From NCBI RefSeq assembly GCF_900232105.1, contig NZ_LT934425.1, forward strand, positions 1 through 32,000: DNA of 32,000 nt, written 5' to 3'. The number at the start of each line of letters is the position of its first letter. Position 1 is the first letter of the stretch. The notes under the pieces are model-generated. The model did no database searches and was not told where the DNA came from. It was given only the letters and a program-made list of their open reading frames with translations. Of this stretch, positions 27,464 to 32,000 are shown piece by piece. This DNA comes from Candidatus Kuenenia stuttgartensis. Lineage in GTDB: Bacteria > Planctomycetota > Brocadiia > Brocadiales > Brocadiaceae. The position numbers were made by a program, and so were the translations under genes.

Positions 27464-27749
27464 TCATTTGGTTACACGACAGACAGTAATATCTACCGAA
27501 AGCAAAACATGCTCTGCGCGTTCTTCTATACATAATCAATAGTTCCTTAATATCGGCTTCTGAAATTCCATATTTGCCTTTTATACGCGGACGGGTGAGT
27601 ACTTCTGCAATTTCTTCCAGTATCGGTTCTGAAATAACCACGTGGAGTGTGTCTTCTTCAAAACAATTTTCTTAATCTGGCGGGAATCCGTAAGGGTTTA
27701 ATAGAGAGGAAATCCAGATATTGGTGTCAATAACAACCTTAATGGACAC
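27464..27749 (-). pseudogene. Frameshifted PIN-domain toxin (VapC-like / COG1569-type)
   Basis: GTG at 27749 gives MSIKVVIDTNIWISSLLNPYGFPPD*ENCFEEDTLHVVISEPILEEIAEVLTRPRIKGKYGISEADIKELL, then a +frame EERAEHVLLSVDITVCRV. At least one stop and a later frameshift. Confidence 0.75.
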
Positions 27750-27906
27750 TTTTCTTTTGTCTCACTTCTTTTATGGAGTGGGCAATATCAGATTCAATTT
27801 CATTATGAGTATATCGTGCAGATTTTTCATGTATTTTCTCGATAATGCAACGAAAACGTCTCTGCCAGTCATCAAGAGAAATAATTTTTATCGTTACCTT
27901 TTCATG
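27739..27906 (-). other. Candidate cognate antitoxin reading frame (remnant or non-canonical start)
   Basis: Open frame VTIKIISLDDWQRRFRCIIEKIHEKSARYTHNEIESDIAHSIKEVRQKKSVH* overlapping the PIN gene start by 11 nt; no ATG/GTG/TTG found. Confidence 0.5.
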
Positions 27907-27995
27907 CTATTTTACTGCAACATCTTGAAACGGTTATGCATTTTGAAAAACGAGCATTAAAAACAAAAAGTTGATGGATAATAGTACGGAACGGA

Positions 27996-28181
27996 ATGAG
28001 TATACCGGAAAAAATACTTTTTATAGAAGACCTATAGGATAGCGTATCTTCTATGGATTCGGAGGTGCCTGTTCCAGAGAGCCACAGGGAGGAATTAGAC
28101 GCCCGGCTGTCAAAAGATTATTCTCCCGAAGATTTGTTAAGTATCGAGGAATTACAAAATCGTATTGAGAAGAGGAAATGA
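27996..28181 (+). pseudogene. Addiction-module antitoxin (TIGR02574-like) with in-frame TAG
   Basis: MSIPEKILFIEDL*DSVSSMDSEVPVPESHREELDARLSKDYSPEDLLSIEELQNRIEKRK*; the stop sits where this family has Trp (EDLWDS). Confidence 0.8.
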
Positions 28182-28423
28182 TATATTCTTTGTTGTTTCT
28201 TTCTGAATTAAAAGAAAATTCCGTAAATGGCTATTTTTGGTATGAAGAGAAATGAATAGGGCTTGGTGAAGATTTTCTTCGCGTTTTTTATGCCCTTTCG
28301 GAAGAAATCAGACGAAATCCGTTAGTCTATAAGACAGTATATAAAGATTTCAGACGTTGTTTACTTAAACGTTTTCCTTATGCGATTTATTATAGAGTCG
28401 ATAAAGCGGAAATTATTGTATAG
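28178..28423 (+). pseudogene. RelE/ParE-family toxin with in-frame stops
   Basis: MIYSLLFLSELKENSVNGYFWYEEK*IGLGEDFLRVFYALSEEIRRNPLVYKTVYKDFRRCLLKRFPYAIYYRVDKAEIIV*; ATG overlaps the antitoxin stop (ATGA). Confidence 0.8.
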
Positions 28424-28586
28424 GGTTTATCCTCCTTTCTGGCAAGATGCTCAATATTATACCTGTTTCATATATTTTGATGCCATACACGTTCCGCATG
28501 CAGTGTGGCTGGAAATTTGGCGGGGAAGCAAGGCTAAAAATATTGCCCGGCATTTAAGCATAAAAAGCGATAAATAAACGGCACGA

Positions 28587-31500
28587 TCAGCTTTGCGTAT
28601 TCTCCGTCTTTTCCATTCTTATGGCGAACATGAGAATGGCGGGAATGATGAAGATGGTAAAAATTGTCGAAAATGCCAGCCCTCCAAGCATTACACTCCC
28701 CAATCCCCTGTATAATTCGGAACCAGGACCAGGCGCGATGACTAGGGGAAGCATGCCGAATATACTGGTAAATGCGCTCATAAATATCGGCCTTAACCTT
28801 GTCCTCGTTGACTCAATTACGGCGTCATGATGGTTCATCCCCTGGAATCGAACATTATTCAGTGCCTGATATACAATGAGAATAGCGTTATTAACAACAA
28901 CACCGATAAGAATTACAAAGCCGAGCATGGTCAAAATGTCAAAAGGCTGCAAGGCAATACATATATTGACCAATCTTAGCCCGATAAAACCTCCTGCAGC
29001 GGCAAGAGGAATGGTAAACATGATAATTAAGGGGTAGATAAAATTCCCGAACAAGGCGGACATTAATAAATACGTAATAACAACTGCAAGGGCAAAATTC
29101 CATTGCAGCGCTTTTCTTGTTGTGGTGAGTTTATCCGCTGCACCAGACAATCTTATGGTTACCCCCTGAAGCATGTCCTGTTCTTTTAGTGTTTGCAAAA
29201 CCGTCCCGTCAATGATCTCCATTGCTTCCTGCAGGGGGATCGTTTCGGGAGGGGTCACCTGGAGTGTTATTGTACGATCCCTTTCCAGGTGCCGGATTTG
29301 AGTAATGCCGGTTGTTCGCTGAAGCTGAGAGAGGGAATATACCGGTACTACAGATCTATTGGGAAGAGAAATAAGTGAGTTATATAATATTTCAGGCGTA
29401 TGAATAGTTTCATCAGACGCCTTAACGATAAGGTCGATTTTTTTTTGCCCTTCTTGTTTATAATATCCGATCTTCCTTCCATCCATTAGTATGTCAAGGG
29501 CAATGCCAAGTTCATAAGTATTCATCCCCGCAGCCATGAGGCGATCTCTTGATGGCACTATTTTTAACTCTGGAAAAAGGATCTCTAGTGAGGGTATCGG
29601 CCTGATCTGGGCGTCGGGAAGTTCTTTCTTTATCATTCCGAACATGGTTCCTGACACTTGTACAATTTGATGAATATCGCTGCCGCTAATATCCACTTCG
29701 ATGGTACGCCCTTCCCCAATACCTGTTTCAAAAATGCCTGCCTGCATGCTTACTCCGTACATCCCGGGAATGGATTGGATTGTTTGCATAAACAAAGGCA
29801 CCAGTTCTCCGGCGCGTTCTTCATGCATGCATTTTGCGCCAAAAACCATCCTTGTGTCCGCCCCGATATAAAACACATCACTTATTCCTGGGAATCCGTT
29901 ATGATCTTTCTGCATGTAAGGACCAAGCTGATTGGCTATGTGCCTGCCAATGTCCATTCTTTCTTTGTAAGAGAGGCCTGGAGGAGGTACGAGTATGCTC
30001 ATAACAAGATTCCTGTTTCCCTGTGGAAGATACTCCATCTTTGGCAATAAGAGTATTGTCGCAATAAAGGAAAACGCGGTAAGAATTAAAATAGTTGCTA
30101 TTCTGGTTTTCCCCTCCTTAATTGCGAATGCCACTAAAGCCATGATTATTTTCTGAAAAAATGCACCTGCTTTCAGAAGCACACCAGGCCCGGCGAATGA
30201 TTTTGTTTTTACTTTTAACCTTCGGAACAGTTGTTCCGAAAACATGGGGATCACAAAAACAGAAACGAAGAAACTTAATCCTACGGCGCATGTTACCGCA
30301 ATTGCAATATCTCTGAAGAGCTGGCCAGCTTCTTCCTGCACAAACACTATGGGAAGAAATACCGCAATTGTTGTGAGCGTAGAGGCGAGTATTGCTCCCC
30401 ATACTTCTTTCGTTCCTTCATATGCGGCAAGAAAAGCGGTCTTCCCCGATTTTCTGTGACGATCAATATTTTCCAGCACCACGATAGCGTTATCTACAAG
30501 CATCCCGACCGCAAAAGAAATTCCGGCAAGGCTTATAACATTAAGATTTCTTCCAAATGCCTTCAAGAACAAAAACGTGCCAAAAATGCTTATGGGAATA
30601 GAAGTGGCGATTATTACGGTGGAAGAAACATTTCTCAGGAAAAGCAGCAATACTGCTATTGCGAGAAAGCCACCAATAAGGATATTATTTTTCACAAGCC
30701 GGATTGCCCCGTTAATATAAGGCCTCTGATCGTATACCCATTTCAGATAAACCTTTTCTTCGGCAAGTTTTTCTTTATTCAACCAATCCACTACTTCATA
30801 AATGGTATTAGTAAGTTCAAGTACGTTTACGCCCGATTCCGGTTTTACGCCAATAGCAATGGCTTCTTCACCATTATGGAGCATTACATTGCTTAGTTTT
30901 TCATAACCAAAACTGACTTTTGCCAAATCCGAAAGTACGATTCGCTGCTGGCCATCGGATTTTATTATTATATTTTCAATTTCTTTCGCCGAATTAAATT
31001 CCCCAATCGTTCTTATCCGGTAATCCCTTCTTTCAATGCCCATAATACCTGAAGAGATATTCACGTTTTCCGCTTTTAAGAGAGAAACAAGTTCCGTTAT
31101 TGTTACACCGTATGCAGCCATTTTTTGGGGATTGATAATGATATGCATCTCTTTGTCAGTCCCGCCATGAATCGCAAGATCTGCAACCCCCTTTACCCGG
31201 TCAAGATATTGTCTGACCTCGTCTTCAAAATATGTCCTGTAGGAATAAATCGAGCGGGGATTGTCTTCCGTTGCATGCAAAATAATCCATATAACGGGTG
31301 ATGCCGCACTTCCCGTGGGATTGATTATTGGTTTATCAACATTTTCAGGATATTCAGGCACTTCGTTGAGTTTGTTGGAGACCCGCAACAATGCATCGTC
31401 AATTCTAGTTTCAATTGTGAATTTTAGTGTAATTGAACCCATACCGTCAAACGACTCGCTCTCCATTTCTACAAGTCCGGGTATGCCTTTTAAAACCTTT

Positions 31501-31703
31501 TCCTGTTCTTCGATTATTTCACGTTCAATGTTGTATGGAGTAGCTCCCACCCACGTAGTAGTAACCGTAATTTCGGGTTCGGTAATGGTGGGACTTAACT
31601 GGTATGTCATTGTGAGAAGGCTGATTACCCCGAAAAGCACAACAAAGATAATCCCAACGATAATAGTAACCGGTTTTTCAATGGAAAATCTGATGCTGTC
31701 CAA
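28587..31703 (-). CDS. RND efflux transporter permease subunit (AcrB/MexB superfamily)
   Basis: IRFSIEKPVTIIVGIIFVVLFGVISLLTM, VGATPYNIEREIIEEQEKVLKGIPGL, SIFGTFLFLKAFGRNLNVISLAGISFAVGMLVDNAIVVLENI, IMFTIPLAAAGGFIGL; ~1038 aa. Confidence 0.95.
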   Translation of the reverse strand: MDSIRFSIEKPVTIIVGIIFVVLFGVISLLTMTYQLSPTITEPEITVTTTWVGATPYNIEREIIEEQEKVLKGIPGLVEMESESFDGMGSITLKFTIETRIDDALLRVSNKLNEVPEYPENVDKPIINPTGSAASPVIWIILHATEDNPRSIYSYRTYFEDEVRQYLDRVKGVADLAIHGGTDKEMHIIINPQKMAAYGVTITELVSLLKAENVNISSGIMGIERRDYRIRTIGEFNSAKEIENIIIKSDGQQRIVLSDLAKVSFGYEKLSNVMLHNGEEAIAIGVKPESGVNVLELTNTIYEVVDWLNKEKLAEEKVYLKWVYDQRPYINGAIRLVKNNILIGGFLAIAVLLLFLRNVSSTVIIATSIPISIFGTFLFLKAFGRNLNVISLAGISFAVGMLVDNAIVVLENIDRHRKSGKTAFLAAYEGTKEVWGAILASTLTTIAVFLPIVFVQEEAGQLFRDIAIAVTCAVGLSFFVSVFVIPMFSEQLFRRLKVKTKSFAGPGVLLKAGAFFQKIIMALVAFAIKEGKTRIATILILTAFSFIATILLLPKMEYLPQGNRNLVMSILVPPPGLSYKERMDIGRHIANQLGPYMQKDHNGFPGISDVFYIGADTRMVFGAKCMHEERAGELVPLFMQTIQSIPGMYGVSMQAGIFETGIGEGRTIEVDISGSDIHQIVQVSGTMFGMIKKELPDAQIRPIPSLEILFPELKIVPSRDRLMAAGMNTYELGIALDILMDGRKIGYYKQEGQKKIDLIVKASDETIHTPEILYNSLISLPNRSVVPVYSLSQLQRTTGITQIRHLERDRTITLQVTPPETIPLQEAMEIIDGTVLQTLKEQDMLQGVTIRLSGAADKLTTTRKALQWNFALAVVITYLLMSALFGNFIYPLIIMFTIPLAAAGGFIGLRLVNICIALQPFDILTMLGFVILIGVVVNNAILIVYQALNNVRFQGMNHHDAVIESTRTRLRPIFMSAFTSIFGMLPLVIAPGPGSELYRGLGSVMLGGLAFSTIFTIFIIPAILMFAIRMEKTENTQS

Positions 31704-31707
31704 AAGA

Positions 31708-32000
31708 TTATATCCCCTCTCTCTTTACATTTATTCTCTGGCCGTCACGAAGCCGTTCATTTCCCTTTATTACCACCTCTGTTCCTTCCATAAGGCCAAC
31801 TCCTTCAATGCCAGCCTTTGTTTCACTGTAGTCCAGTACGCGAACAGGCGTCATATATGCTTGTGAGTCCTTTACCGCAAAAACCACCGTGTTTCCGAAA
31901 AAGTTGATTATTGCATCCCTGTCCACCAGAAGAGATTTCGTTTCTTCTCCGGAGGGCAAAGATACTACAGCCTCCATACCGGACATAAGCGTTTCAGCGT
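31708..32000 (-). CDS. RND periplasmic adaptor (membrane fusion protein), C-terminal part, truncated by window end
   Basis: AVVSLPSGEETKSLLVDRDAIINFFGNTVVFAVKDSQAYMTPVRVLDYSETKAGIEGVGLMEGTEVVIKGNERLRDGQRINV; 4 nt upstream of the RND gene; frame open to the window edge. Confidence 0.85.
   Translation of the reverse strand, partial: AETLMSGMEAVVSLPSGEETKSLLVDRDAIINFFGNTVVFAVKDSQAYMTPVRVLDYSETKAGIEGVGLMEGTEVVIKGNERLRDGQRINVKREGI

Noticed and set aside
28380-28577. 65-aa plus-strand ORF after the dead toxin
   Set aside because: Overlaps the toxin pseudogene in another frame; no motif found.
30456-30896. 146-aa plus-strand ORF inside the RND gene
   Set aside because: Antisense shadow of a conserved transporter.
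1-32000. CRISPR array, rRNA or tRNA genes
   Set aside because: No regularly spaced short direct repeats and no recognisable tRNA or rRNA sequence noticed by eye; tRNAscan-SE and a CRISPR finder would be needed to exclude weak cases.

Overview
This 32 kb window looks like an accessory-rich stretch of a bacterial chromosome. The main contents, in order: (1) a repeat-rich non-coding region (about 1-1790) with a roughly 110-nt repeated hairpin element whose stem shows compensatory changes, and a 60-nt-arm inverted repeat. (2) panC. (3) A tightly packed four-gene defence-type operon (2732-7622): SPPY-type DNA methyltransferase, DpnII-like restriction endonuclease candidate, GmrSD-like DUF262/DUF1524 protein, and DPPF-type DNA methyltransferase. 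(4) A GT9 glycosyltransferase. (5) A complete IS4/IS701-like element with 15-bp TIRs and a 6-bp TSD. (6) A GGDEF protein divergent from a 947-aa protein of unclear function. (7) An arsenic-type locus: arsR, ACR3, a DUF4405-like membrane protein, and a CoA-disulfide-reductase/rhodanese fusion. (8) A family of non-autonomous MITE-like elements sharing a terminal motif GGGNGCATTCCCGATTTTTTG, three of them flanked by direct repeats. (9) A membrane sensor-like protein, an alpha/beta hydrolase and a small helical protein. (10) An alternative-oxidase-like diiron protein and a hemerythrin. (11) Decayed genes: a Y1/REP-type transposase and two toxin-antitoxin modules. (12) An RND efflux pump. All family assignments come from motifs read by eye; no searches were run.
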